DNA of 64,000 nt, from the NCBI GenBank assembly GCA_023205875.1, contig CP060760.1, positions 1 through 64,000 on the forward strand. The letters are read 5' to 3'. The notes beneath the pieces were generated by a model, which was not told the DNA's origin, did no database searches, and was given only the letters and a program-made list of their open reading frames with translations. Origin of the DNA: Chloropicon primus (lineage: Eukaryota). Shown piece after piece: positions 51,331-60,683 of the stretch (the first letter of the stretch is position 1; each line of letters starts with the position of its first letter). The position numbers and the translations under genes were made by a program.

Positions 51331-53139
51331 TCACGCCTGCTTCTTGTCGGAGACCGGTGGCTTTCCCGGCGCAATGAGCGCCTTGAGCAGCCTCACGAGC
51401 CCAGTGAGGTTGCTGAAGATGCCCAACCCGTAGAAGAAATGCACGATGCCGCACACCATTTTGAAGCTGTGCGCCTTGACAGGGTACTGCAGCTCAGGTG
51501 GCACGGTGGTGTTCATGAGGGGAAACTTGTCCTCGCAGACCGCCTTGGTGTAGCACATCCCTCTGAGGCCCTCGATTCCACCAAACTTGTCGAAACCACT
51601 CTCCTTGACCCCGCCGAAAGGAAGGGACTGGCACAAGTATGTGGTGGCAAAGTCGTTGATGGAGGAGGCGCCCGTCTTGAGCTGGATTGCGATCTTCTTC
51701 GCACGGGCCTTGGACCCCGAAAAGATGGAGCTCCCGAGGCCAAAGGGGTTGGAATTGACCAGCCTGACCGCCTCCTCGTCGGTCGAGAACTTCTCGACGC
51801 ACATGACAGGACCGAAGACCTCCTCGTTCCAGATTCTCATCTCCTTGGTCACCCCCACCAGGATGGTCGGAGGGTAGTACTGGCCACCAGACTTGGAGGT
51901 CTTCAGCTTGCCTCCCACGAGGACCTTCGCGCCCCTCAAGACGGCATCGTCCACGAGGGCCTGGACGTTGCTCGCCTGCTTCGGCATGCACATGGCCCCG
52001 CAGTCCACCAAGGAATCGAGGGGTGCCCCTTGCCTCATGTTCTCCACAGTCGGAACAACCTTGTCCAGGAACTTGTCGTAGATTCCCTCCTGGACCAGAA
52101 TTCTTTCGGCGCCCGTGCAGTTCTGACCGCAGGACTGGAAGGTCGCCCTCAAGGTGATAGGGACAAGCTGGTTCAAGTTGGCGTCGTCGCAAACGATGAC
52201 CGGGTCTTTCCCTCCGAGCTCCAGGACCACCGGCGTCAAGTTCTCCGCCGCGGCCTCGAGGACCTTCCTGCCGATTCCCGTGCTCCCCACGAAGATCAGT
52301 TTTGAGACGTCCTTGGCCTTGACGAGGGCCTGTCCAGTCGTTCCGAAGCCGTGGACGACCTGGACCAGGTCCCTGCTCGCACCCACGGCGTCCAGGGCGG
52401 CGTGGATGATCCTCTCGTAGTACTCAGAGGACCAAGAGGCGTACTCGCTCACCTTAACAACGATGCCGCAGCCCGCGAAGACAGCCGCGGTGACTGGGTT
52501 CAGGATGTTGTGGAAGGGGTAGTTCCAGGGAACGATCGCGCCGATGACCCCGAGTGGGTGGTACTCCACCCTGGCGCTCTTGTAGAACATCATGCTCCCC
52601 GCGGACCTCGGCTCCGGCTTGAGGGCCTGCTCTCCCTCGGCCAGGAGCCACCGTATCTTCTCGCAAGTCGTCAGGATCTCCCCGAAGGCCGCGTCGAGCA
52701 TCGGCTTGCCGCTGTCCTTGGCCGACACGTTGCAGATCTCCTCCTGGTGCTCCAGAATGTACTTCTGCAGGATCTTGAGCAGCATCTTCCTCTTCTTGAA
52801 GCTCGACTTTTCCCAGGACTCTTGGGCCTTGGCGCACCTCCTGACCTTCTCCTCGACCTCCTCCTTGGTGCAAATCTTCTTCCTGGCGATGACATCCCTC
52901 GTCGCCGGGTCGTAACACACGATGCACCCGTCCCTCTCGCTTATCCCATCCCCCTCGTACTTTTCCCCTCCACCCAAGTGTCCCTTCTTCCTCTCCTTCT
53001 CGGTCAGCTCCACCTCAATCCTCGGCACGCTGGCGAACTCCAAGTAACTCTTGATCAGCCACAACACGAGAACCACTCCAGCTCCTCCTGCCAACTCCCT
53101 CCACGGCACCTCCATCCCCATCCCCAACACCGTCGTCAT
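51331..53139 (-). CDS. ALDH22A1: Aldehyde dehydrogenase family 22 (ALDH22A1-like, N-terminal membrane anchor)
   Basis: IVPWNYPFHN, KVSE, FVGS, LELGGKD, catalytic GQNC, EEVFGP and QSLPFGGVKESGF; N-terminal TM followed by VPRIEV. Confidence 0.9.
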   Translation of the reverse strand: MTTVLGMGMEVPWRELAGGAGVVLVLWLIKSYLEFASVPRIEVELTEKERKKGHLGGGEKYEGDGISERDGCIVCYDPATRDVIARKKICTKEEVEEKVRRCAKAQESWEKSSFKKRKMLLKILQKYILEHQEEICNVSAKDSGKPMLDAAFGEILTTCEKIRWLLAEGEQALKPEPRSAGSMMFYKSARVEYHPLGVIGAIVPWNYPFHNILNPVTAAVFAGCGIVVKVSEYASWSSEYYERIIHAALDAVGASRDLVQVVHGFGTTGQALVKAKDVSKLIFVGSTGIGRKVLEAAAENLTPVVLELGGKDPVIVCDDANLNQLVPITLRATFQSCGQNCTGAERILVQEGIYDKFLDKVVPTVENMRQGAPLDSLVDCGAMCMPKQASNVQALVDDAVLRGAKVLVGGKLKTSKSGGQYYPPTILVGVTKEMRIWNEEVFGPVMCVEKFSTDEEAVRLVNSNPFGLGSSIFSGSKARAKKIAIQLKTGASSINDFATTYLCQSLPFGGVKESGFDKFGGIEGLRGMCYTKAVCEDKFPLMNTTVPPELQYPVKAHSFKMVCGIVHFFYGLGIFSNLTGLVRLLKALIAPGKPPVSDKKQA

Positions 53140-53479
53140 CTTCACCCCTCCTCCTCTGGATCACAAGATACTGATGCTGTTGATGATCAACGAAACGAAA
53201 CGAAACGAACGCACGAAGGAAGGAATGATCCACACACGCACACACACACACACACACACACGAGGCACTGTCGTCGCCTGTGCGGTTGTCCTGCCCTCGG
53301 TCGATCGGTCGATCGATCGTGGTCGAGGTCCTCCTCCTCCTCGTGACGGTCACCTCACCCTTCCGCGATCGCGATCGCTACGCACTCGCCCGCCGTCGTC
53401 CCCTTCGCCTTCGCCTTCGTCTGCGGGAGCGATCGCGCGCGCTTTCATTCCCTGGATGATCAAGGGCGCGCGAGGGGAC

Positions 53480-53784
53480 AAGTGCAGCGGCTTGGGCGGC
53501 GATCGGAGGCCGGGGGGAGGAGTTTCGACGAGGGAAAGGTGAATAGGAAGGAAGGTCGCTGTTTTATCTTTCGATCGAGCGGTCGGTTGAGGGATTTGCG
53601 TGGGATCTTGGGCATTGTTTTGACGAGGAAGGGATCGAAGCGCGGGCTGGTCGATCACGAGGGGAAGTGCAGCGACTTGGGCGGCGATCGGAGGCCGGGG
53701 GGAGGTGTTTCGACGAGGAAAAGGTGGATAGGAAGGAAGGTCGCTGTTTTGTCTTTCGATCGAGCGGTCGGTTGAGGGATTTGC
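53480..53784. repeat. 120-bp direct repeat (53480-53599 and 53665-53784) in the ALDH22/Nup133 divergent region
   Basis: Two copies with 5 substitutions, period 185. Confidence 0.92.
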
Positions 53785-53813
53785 TTGGGAAACGAGGAAA
53801 GGTGGTGCTCGCC

Positions 53814-56522
53814 ATGGCGGAGGACGCAGGGGTAGTGGTTGGGGTGAGAGGGGACAACACGAGGAGGAGGGGGGAGACGTACCTTTGGAGCGTGAGGAAG
53901 GAAGCGACGCCGAACCAGTACGTGTTGTGCGTGAGGCATTGTCATGACGGCTCGAGCGAGAGGAGTATGGAGGTGGACGACCTGGCGTGGCGGTTGTTGT
54001 TCGAGAAGCAGGCGGTCACGGACAAGGTGGCGGGGGTGGCGGTGGTGGAGAGGGAGGGAGGGAGGGGCGAGCTGGCCGTGGTGGTCGCGCTTAGCAACGG
54101 GAGGGTGATGCTGTGGGAGAGCGCGGCCTTGGGTGCGGAGGCGCGCCCGGTGTTGACGTCAGTCACGGGCTCGGGGAACCTCAAGGCGATGAGGGTGGTG
54201 AGGAGCACGGCGTACCGGACGGAGTGCGTCGTGGGAACGAGTGACCGGGGCGTGGGCTTGGCCGCACTTGATGCAAGGAAGGGGACGACGGCGTGCAGCT
54301 TCTTCTCTGGCCCGAGGGAGGACGGGAGGAGCGTGGAGGAGGAGGAGGCGAGCGAGCAAGCTGGAGGGTCGCTCTTGCAGAACGTGTTCGGGAGCTTTGC
54401 GAACAGGTTTCAGTCCAGCTCCGGGTTCGATACCGCGAAAGGCTCTGGGTCCGGGGCGAGCTCGGGGGAACCCTCATCTTGCCAAGTCCTGGCCCTTGAG
54501 TTCGCTCATCCGTTTTTGGTGGCTCTGGACGGCTCGGGGGGACTCTGGTGCTGGAAGCTGGGCCAGGAAGTGGACGAGCAACCCAAGCTGCTGAATTTCG
54601 TGTCCCTGAAGAGTGTCTGCGTCTCGAGCCTCGATCTGGCGTCCTACCTCAAGCCGGGAACGAGGCAGGGCACCGTGGACGAGGGCAGCGTCACCGTGAG
54701 GCCTCTGGACGCGACCCAGATCGCCAAGGGCGGGCACAAGGGCGTGGCGGTCCTAGCACTGGTCCAGGGCAGTGACAATCTTCAGAAGGTCGTGGTCTTC
54801 GTCTTTGGACTGGCGGATCGGGGAGGCCTGCACTTCCAGAGGCACGTCCTCTTGTCGGACGAGTGGCTTCTGGGGTCGGCGGTGACCCTGCAGCTGAAGC
54901 TCAAGGTGGCCAGCGACAACAATTCTTTCGTGATCAAGGGGAGCGACGGGCACGCGATTGCCTTTGCTGGGAGCTTGGAAACGGCCACAGAAGTTGCGGC
55001 GATTCACATGAACAAGTTTGTTTGGGACGCCTCTTCCTTCACCCCGATCAGTGGCCAGGCCCAGTTTTTGTTCCTCATGCACGATCTGACCCAAAGCACG
55101 CTCTCCAGGACCCTCCTGGACATGTGCTACAACATCGTCGAGGCCCTCCCGAAGCAGTACACACAGCACTCCTCGTCCGACCCGCAGGCGGACGCGAGCG
55201 GCCTCCTGGGCGCGCTGGACATCCAGCTCAAGGACAAGCTCGAGCAGCACTTTCAATTCGTCAGCCTCCTCCACTCGCGCGGCTGGCTCGACATGCTCGA
55301 CATGAAGACTGCCGGCAAGATCGTGAGGGCGGGGGAGCACATCGCGGCCCTGCAGTGCATCAAGAGCAAGGAGAACCTGCTGCAAGAGCAGGGCTCGCAG
55401 GAGAGGCAAGTCGGGGGCCTGGGAACCCCTGGCATTGTTGGGGCGGGGAGCGGCGGGCCCGGGAAGTCATCCGTGTCCCTAGAGCTCCTGCAATCCATCA
55501 TCAGGGAGGCGGGGACGAAAGTTGCGGAGAGATCGGAGCAAAGTCAGCTCGACGAGCCGAAGCAGCCGTGGGAGGTGTTCTACTCAAAGCCCCTGAGCTC
55601 GGTGCTGTTCTTGGACACTGTCGTCGCCAAGGTCAATGCCCTGGTGAGCCAGCCTCACTTTGAGATCTCAAAAGACGTGTCGGCCAGCACGAGGGACATC
55701 CAAGTGCAGAACGCGATTCTCAACGTCCTGTCGCGGACGGTGACGGAGACACTCAACGCCGTGGAGTCCTGGATAAGGGCCGTGGACGCAAGCTGCATCC
55801 CTGTGCTCTCTGGGGCGTTCGGGTACCAGGAGGGCTACTCGTGGACGTCCTGCCCGAGTCTGTGCGACTGCTTGCTTGCGCTGAGCAGGCTGTGCATTCA
55901 CTACCACTCTCAGTGGAAGGCAAAGGCTCCGAACATGGTACCGCGCCTCTCCATCCAGTTGCACAGCCTGATCACCCAGTACCTCTCGGTCCGAGACGCG
56001 TTTCTGGAGGCGACCCCGGAGGAGGAGAAGTTGAGGAACCCTCAGCACTTTAGGGCTTACGTGGACAGCGGAGAGGAGATTCTCGGGGCCTTGCTCGACG
56101 CCTCCTACGAGGAGGCCAACCACATGATCCAGGATGCCGTGGCCGAGCTCGCGGAGGTGCACTCCTGCTATGGCGTCCTGTACAGCTTGTGCGAGAAGAC
56201 GAACGATATGCAGAGGCTTTACCAGTACATGAGAATGGTCCAGCCCTTTGCGACTTACGCGTTCCGCAAGCTCATCGAGGCGAAGAGGGTTAGGGATATC
56301 CTGGAGCTCCCCCCGGAGTTCAACGAGAGCCTGTGCGTGTACCTCCAGCAGCACTCGGACCAGCACCACCAGGAGCTCTTGTGGCTGCACCTGGCGAGGA
56401 TGCAGGCCTGGGGCGACTGCACGTCGCTGCTGGAATCCATAGCGAACCGGATCCCGACAAGCGAGGAGAAGCAGAGGCACCTGGCCCTCAGCAAGCTCTG
56501 CAAGTTGGCTCAAAACTATTAA
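53814..56522 (+). CDS. NUP133: Nucleoporin Nup133-like
   Basis: Beta-propeller-like N-terminal half and helical C-terminal half with QLKDKLEQH..F..LL, GEHIAA, WEVFY, LAEVH..Y..L..LCE and LLWLH...LALSKL. The 5' end may be incomplete. Confidence 0.75.
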   Translation: MAEDAGVVVGVRGDNTRRRGETYLWSVRKEATPNQYVLCVRHCHDGSSERSMEVDDLAWRLLFEKQAVTDKVAGVAVVEREGGRGELAVVVALSNGRVMLWESAALGAEARPVLTSVTGSGNLKAMRVVRSTAYRTECVVGTSDRGVGLAALDARKGTTACSFFSGPREDGRSVEEEEASEQAGGSLLQNVFGSFANRFQSSSGFDTAKGSGSGASSGEPSSCQVLALEFAHPFLVALDGSGGLWCWKLGQEVDEQPKLLNFVSLKSVCVSSLDLASYLKPGTRQGTVDEGSVTVRPLDATQIAKGGHKGVAVLALVQGSDNLQKVVVFVFGLADRGGLHFQRHVLLSDEWLLGSAVTLQLKLKVASDNNSFVIKGSDGHAIAFAGSLETATEVAAIHMNKFVWDASSFTPISGQAQFLFLMHDLTQSTLSRTLLDMCYNIVEALPKQYTQHSSSDPQADASGLLGALDIQLKDKLEQHFQFVSLLHSRGWLDMLDMKTAGKIVRAGEHIAALQCIKSKENLLQEQGSQERQVGGLGTPGIVGAGSGGPGKSSVSLELLQSIIREAGTKVAERSEQSQLDEPKQPWEVFYSKPLSSVLFLDTVVAKVNALVSQPHFEISKDVSASTRDIQVQNAILNVLSRTVTETLNAVESWIRAVDASCIPVLSGAFGYQEGYSWTSCPSLCDCLLALSRLCIHYHSQWKAKAPNMVPRLSIQLHSLITQYLSVRDAFLEATPEEEKLRNPQHFRAYVDSGEEILGALLDASYEEANHMIQDAVAELAEVHSCYGVLYSLCEKTNDMQRLYQYMRMVQPFATYAFRKLIEAKRVRDILELPPEFNESLCVYLQQHSDQHHQELLWLHLARMQAWGDCTSLLESIANRIPTSEEKQRHLALSKLCKLAQNY

Positions 56523-56672
56523 AACTGTACGTACGTTAATATTTTCTTCCTGCTCTTTTTTTTTCGATCTAAGATCCCCCCGTCCCCGCGTCCCCTTCCT
56601 CTTTCTCCTTCTCCTGGGGGAAAAATGAAACGAATCTCGTCCTCGTCCTTTGTTAATAAGGCAAAAGCTCTG

Positions 56673-56676
<4 letters not shown>

Positions 56677-56706
<30 letters not shown>
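56677..56706. repeat. (GA)n microsatellite
   Basis: Direct reading of the sequence. Confidence 0.9.
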
Positions 56707-56710
<4 letters not shown>

Positions 56711-57040
56711 GGATCTCCACCAGCCTTTCCTTTCCATTCCTTTCCTTTTCTCTCTCTTCTTCTTCTCTCTCTTCCTCTTGTCTTTCTCCCTCTCCCTCTC
56801 CCTCTCCCTCTCCGTCTCCGTCTCCGTCTCTCTGGCACTGGATGGCTCATCCGCATCTTTGTCCTTTTCCCAGCATCGTACAGTCGTCAACAGTCACTCT
56901 CCACGCGGCCTTTCCTGTCAGCCGACACTGTCACAGTGTCACTGTGGACCCAGGCGACCAGGACCAGACCGCAAGATTGGATCTTGGAAGGTTTCACACC
57001 ACGCACAGGGGGCACGACACACGGGGACACGACGACAAAG

Positions 57041-58375
57041 ATGTCGAACGCCGACTTGAACGCGCTGGCCAAGCTGAACGGTGGAGATGGGAAGGACCCC
57101 ATGAGTCAGACCGGGTTGAAGGCCCTCTTCACAGAGCAGCACGAGTTCATGAACTTCTTCTTCGAGAACTTGGACTACGAGCCCATCGAGAGGTTCTGCA
57201 ACGCTTGCTTGACCACCAAGGGCGTCATATTCTTCTCCGGGGTGGGAAAGAGCGGCTTCATCGCTCAGAAGATCTCAATGACTCTCGTCTCGACTGGAAC
57301 CAAGGCCGTCTTCCTCAACCCGACCGATGCCTTGCACGGAGACATAGGGATCCTCTCCGAGGACGACCTCTTGGTCATGTTCAGCAAGTCAGGATCCACG
57401 GAGGAGCTTCTCCGACTCGTGCCTTACGCCCGAGCCAAGGGCGCCAAGCTCGTCTCGGTCACGTCCATCAAGGGGTGCAAGCTGGTAAGTAGTCTGCAGA
57501 GGAGCCTGAGAATCTATACGATGTCCTCCCCTCGCATTCGTGTGCTGACAATTCCTCATCCTCTCTGCCGTCTTGCTCTTCCTCCTCCACGCTTCGCTTT
57601 GGCCAGGACAACGCCTGCGACTTTGCGGTGAACTTGCCTCTGCAGAGAGAGCTCTGCCCTTTTGATTTGGCCCCGGTGACGAGCACGGCGATCCAGATGC
57701 TCTTCGGAGACACCGTGGCCATCGCCCTGATGCAGGCCAAGAACCTGACCAAGGACCAGTACGCCATGAACCATCCCGCAGGTACGTCGCCTTGAGGTCG
57801 TTCCTGGAGGAGTAGAGTAGCTGACCCAACCCAACGCATTGCTGTTGTTGCTGTTGTTGCTGTTGTTGTTGTTCTTATTCGTTTGACACAGGACGCATCG
57901 GAAAGAGGCTGATCTTGCGAGTAGCCGACGTGGCCAAGCAGACGGACATCCCTCTGGTGACCGGAGAGATGAAGGTAAGTGGATCGGTCGGTCGGTCGGT
58001 CTCTCGAGACCTCGCTGACTCTGTGTCTTGACTGGTCTCGCCGCGCAGGTGATGGACATTCTGGTGGAGCTGTCCAGCAAGGGCAAGGGCTGCGTCCTCG
58101 TCGTGGAGTCCCCGGAATCCAGAAAGCTTCTTGGAGTGTTCACGGACGGTGACTTGAGGAGGTCCCTCCAGAAGCACGGGGAGAGTGCCCTCAAGACGGC
58201 GGTCAAGGAGTTCATGATCGGCACCCCCAGGACGGTCAAGGAGGAGGCCATGGCCGTGGACGCCATGACGAGCATGAAGGAGCCCACGAAGGTGACCTTC
58301 CTTCCGGTGGTCGACGACACCTTTGCCGTCACCGGACTGGTCACCCTCCACGACCTCGTTTCCGCTGGCATCTAA
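57041..58375 (+). CDS. kdsD: Arabinose-5-phosphate isomerase (KdsD/SETH3-like, SIS + 2 CBS); exons 57041-57484, 57607-57781, 57892-57974, 58049-58375
   Basis: [47 protein letters not shown] and CBS motifs [10 protein letters not shown] and GLVTLHDLV. Three GT-AG introns restore a continuous frame. Confidence 0.93.
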
Positions 58376-58573
58376 AGGAGGCGAGGAGAAAGAGAAAGAG
58401 AGAAAGAGAGAGAGTGTGTGTGTGAGGCGAAGGGGGGAGGGGGGGAGAAGAAGGAGGGGGAGCGTTGAACCCGTCCACCAATAAATTGTTTCGGCTAATT
58501 TTTGTTTTTACAATCTTCTCAGTTTAATGGTTCCCCCGCTCGCGCTCGCGTTCGCGTTCGTCGTCGTCTGCGC

Positions 58574-59224
58574 TCAAGAGTAGTAGGGAAGGAGCTGGGT
58601 GCAGATGTACGAGTAGAGGACCGCCGAGAGACCTCCGACGAGGAAACCGGAGGTGAACTCCTCCCACCCCTGCTTGGACATGAGCGGGTCGCTCGAGATG
58701 GAGCGGCCGGTGAGGGTCTTGGGCGCGAGCTTCTCCTCGGACATTCTTCCGTCCTCGCCCTGGAAGGACGCGATACCGTAGATGGTCAAGCCCAAGGTGA
58801 GGATGAGGACGATTCCTCCTCCCGCGAGGCAGCCCGCCACCTCAGGGACGTTGCCCTCCATGCCTCTCAGCGGACCGAGCTTGATGAACGGCCCGGTGAT
58901 GAAGAAGCCGTGCGTGAGTCCGATCTCGACGCCCCTCAGCACCGGAGCCACGCTCGTGCGGTACGCCGGCAAGTTGCTCAAGAAGTTCGCCACGATTGGG
59001 GCGGACGTCACCGGCGTCTCCAACATCCCGATGAACGGGTCACCGTTAATCGGCTTGATCACCGCGTTGACGTCGTTCAAGTCCTTGGGTGTGCCATCCT
59101 TCCAATCCCGATACCCTTGTCCCGCCTTGGCGCGCACCTTGCTCCTCGCCGTCACGCCACTCGCCACACCGCGCCTCCCCTCCAGACAAGTCAACCCTCT
59201 CACCTGCTTCACGCAAACCCTCAT
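58574..59224 (-). CDS. psaL: Photosystem I subunit XI (PsaL), nucleus-encoded with transit peptide
   Basis: INGDPFIGMLETPVTS, LSNLPAYR, LRGVEIGLTHGFF..GPF.KLGPLR and GWEEFTSGFLVGG. Confidence 0.97.
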   Translation of the reverse strand: MRVCVKQVRGLTCLEGRRGVASGVTARSKVRAKAGQGYRDWKDGTPKDLNDVNAVIKPINGDPFIGMLETPVTSAPIVANFLSNLPAYRTSVAPVLRGVEIGLTHGFFITGPFIKLGPLRGMEGNVPEVAGCLAGGGIVLILTLGLTIYGIASFQGEDGRMSEEKLAPKTLTGRSISSDPLMSKQGWEEFTSGFLVGGLSAVLYSYICTQLLPYYS

Positions 59225-59821
59225 CACCTCTGCTCTCTCTCTCTCTCTCTCTTCTGCCTGCTGCTGCTGGTGGTGGTGCTCGAGTAAGCGCTCCGCTCTT
59301 CTGCTCTCTCTGCTCCTTTTCGCTTCTCCTCCTCGCGCGCCCTGCTCGAAAACTTCGACCAACGACGTGCACACCAACACAACGTTACCACTGCGAAGGA
59401 GACGACACTCGGAGAATACTCATGTTTCGCTCCAAGACGTGTATTCCACAAGAGACGTTCAATACGGAGTAGATTGAAACACATCACGGGGAACGTCAAT
59501 AGGAGAATGAAGGAAAGATCTTATCTTCGAGGCCAGATCGAGATCTCATTGGCCCCCTTGTTTGTGTTACGTCACAGGGAGAATCATTTGGAAAGTTCAG
59601 GTAAAGTAACGAATGGTTTTAACGAGTGTACTCGTACACTCCACGAGAGGAGGAGAGGCGAGGAGCGGCCAGGGAAGGAACCGAGTGAGCGCGTTGTTCG
59701 CGAGGGTTTTTAGGGAGGTACGAGGGATAACACGAGGAAGGCGTGTAGATCACCGGGTGAGGCGTCTCGAGTTCTTTCCGTAGACCCCTCGTTTGAAGGA
59801 TTTGGTCCACGAGTGGCGAAG

Positions 59822-60517
59822 ATGTGGACGACGACAAGGACGGCGACCAGGAGGAGGGTTGGGGATGGGAAGGGGAAGGGGACCAGGAGGGGTGGAGGGT
59901 CCGCGGCGCCCGTGTTGGCCCCGCGACGACGCGAGCGCGTTGATATATCCTCCTCTCGATCTCCTCGCCGGATCCGCGTCCAGGCTTTGAACGTGGAGAC
60001 GATGAGGGAGATCGATCCGAGTGATCCGATTCTGTCTCCTCCCCTGAGGATTGGACACGGCTTCGACCTTCACAGGTTGGAGCCCGGGCACAAGCTGATC
60101 ATCGGCGGGCTGGACATCCCGCACGACAGGGGTTGCGTGGCGCACAGCGACGGGGACGTGCTCCTTCACTGCGTGACGGACGCCGTGCTGGGAGCCTTGT
60201 GCCTGGAGGACATTGGCCAGCTGTTTCCGGACAACGACCCCAAGTGGAAGGGCCAGGCGAGCGACCTTTTCATGAACGAGGCGATGAGGCTGTGCGACGA
60301 GATGGGGTACAGGGTGAGCAACCTGGACGCCACGATCATCGCCCAGAGGCCCAAGCTGAGCCCCCACAAGGAGACCATCAGGGACAACGTGGCCAAGCTC
60401 CTCAAGGTGGACAGGAGGCTGGTGAACATCAAGGCCAAGACGCACGAGAAGGTGGACAGCCTGGGGGAGAACAGGAGCATCGGGTGCCACTGCGTCGTCC
60501 TTCTCGTGAAGAAGTGA
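59822..60517 (+). CDS. ispF: 2-C-methyl-D-erythritol 2,4-cyclodiphosphate synthase, plastid MEP pathway
   Basis: LRIGHGFDLHRL, AHSDGDVLLH, DIGQLFPD and NIKAKTHEKVDSLGE; N-terminal transit peptide. Confidence 0.96.
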   Translation: MWTTTRTATRRRVGDGKGKGTRRGGGSAAPVLAPRRRERVDISSSRSPRRIRVQALNVETMREIDPSDPILSPPLRIGHGFDLHRLEPGHKLIIGGLDIPHDRGCVAHSDGDVLLHCVTDAVLGALCLEDIGQLFPDNDPKWKGQASDLFMNEAMRLCDEMGYRVSNLDATIIAQRPKLSPHKETIRDNVAKLLKVDRRLVNIKAKTHEKVDSLGENRSIGCHCVVLLVKK

Positions 60518-60683
60518 CCTTCGCAGGGAGAAGAAAAAGGAGAAGAAGAAGAAAAAGCAGTAGGAGAAAAAATAAAACTAATGCCTTTCTGTTCCTTTCT
60601 GCAAAGTACTTTTATTCTTCTCGCGCTCGTTACCTGTTCTCTCTCCCTCTCTCTCTCTCCAGCCACCGCCGCACAGCGCCCGG

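Noticed and set aside
53480..53784. Direct repeats here and at 321-614 as a CRISPR array or LTRs
   Set aside because: Only two copies each, too long for CRISPR repeats, no cas, reverse transcriptase or integrase genes nearby, and the context is eukaryotic.
1362..60517. Bacterial contamination or a bacterial island suggested by acnB, kdsD, ispF and spoU
   Set aside because: The genes have host codon bias and are interleaved with eukaryote-specific genes on a telomere-capped contig; acnB and ispF carry targeting extensions and kdsD has spliceosomal introns.
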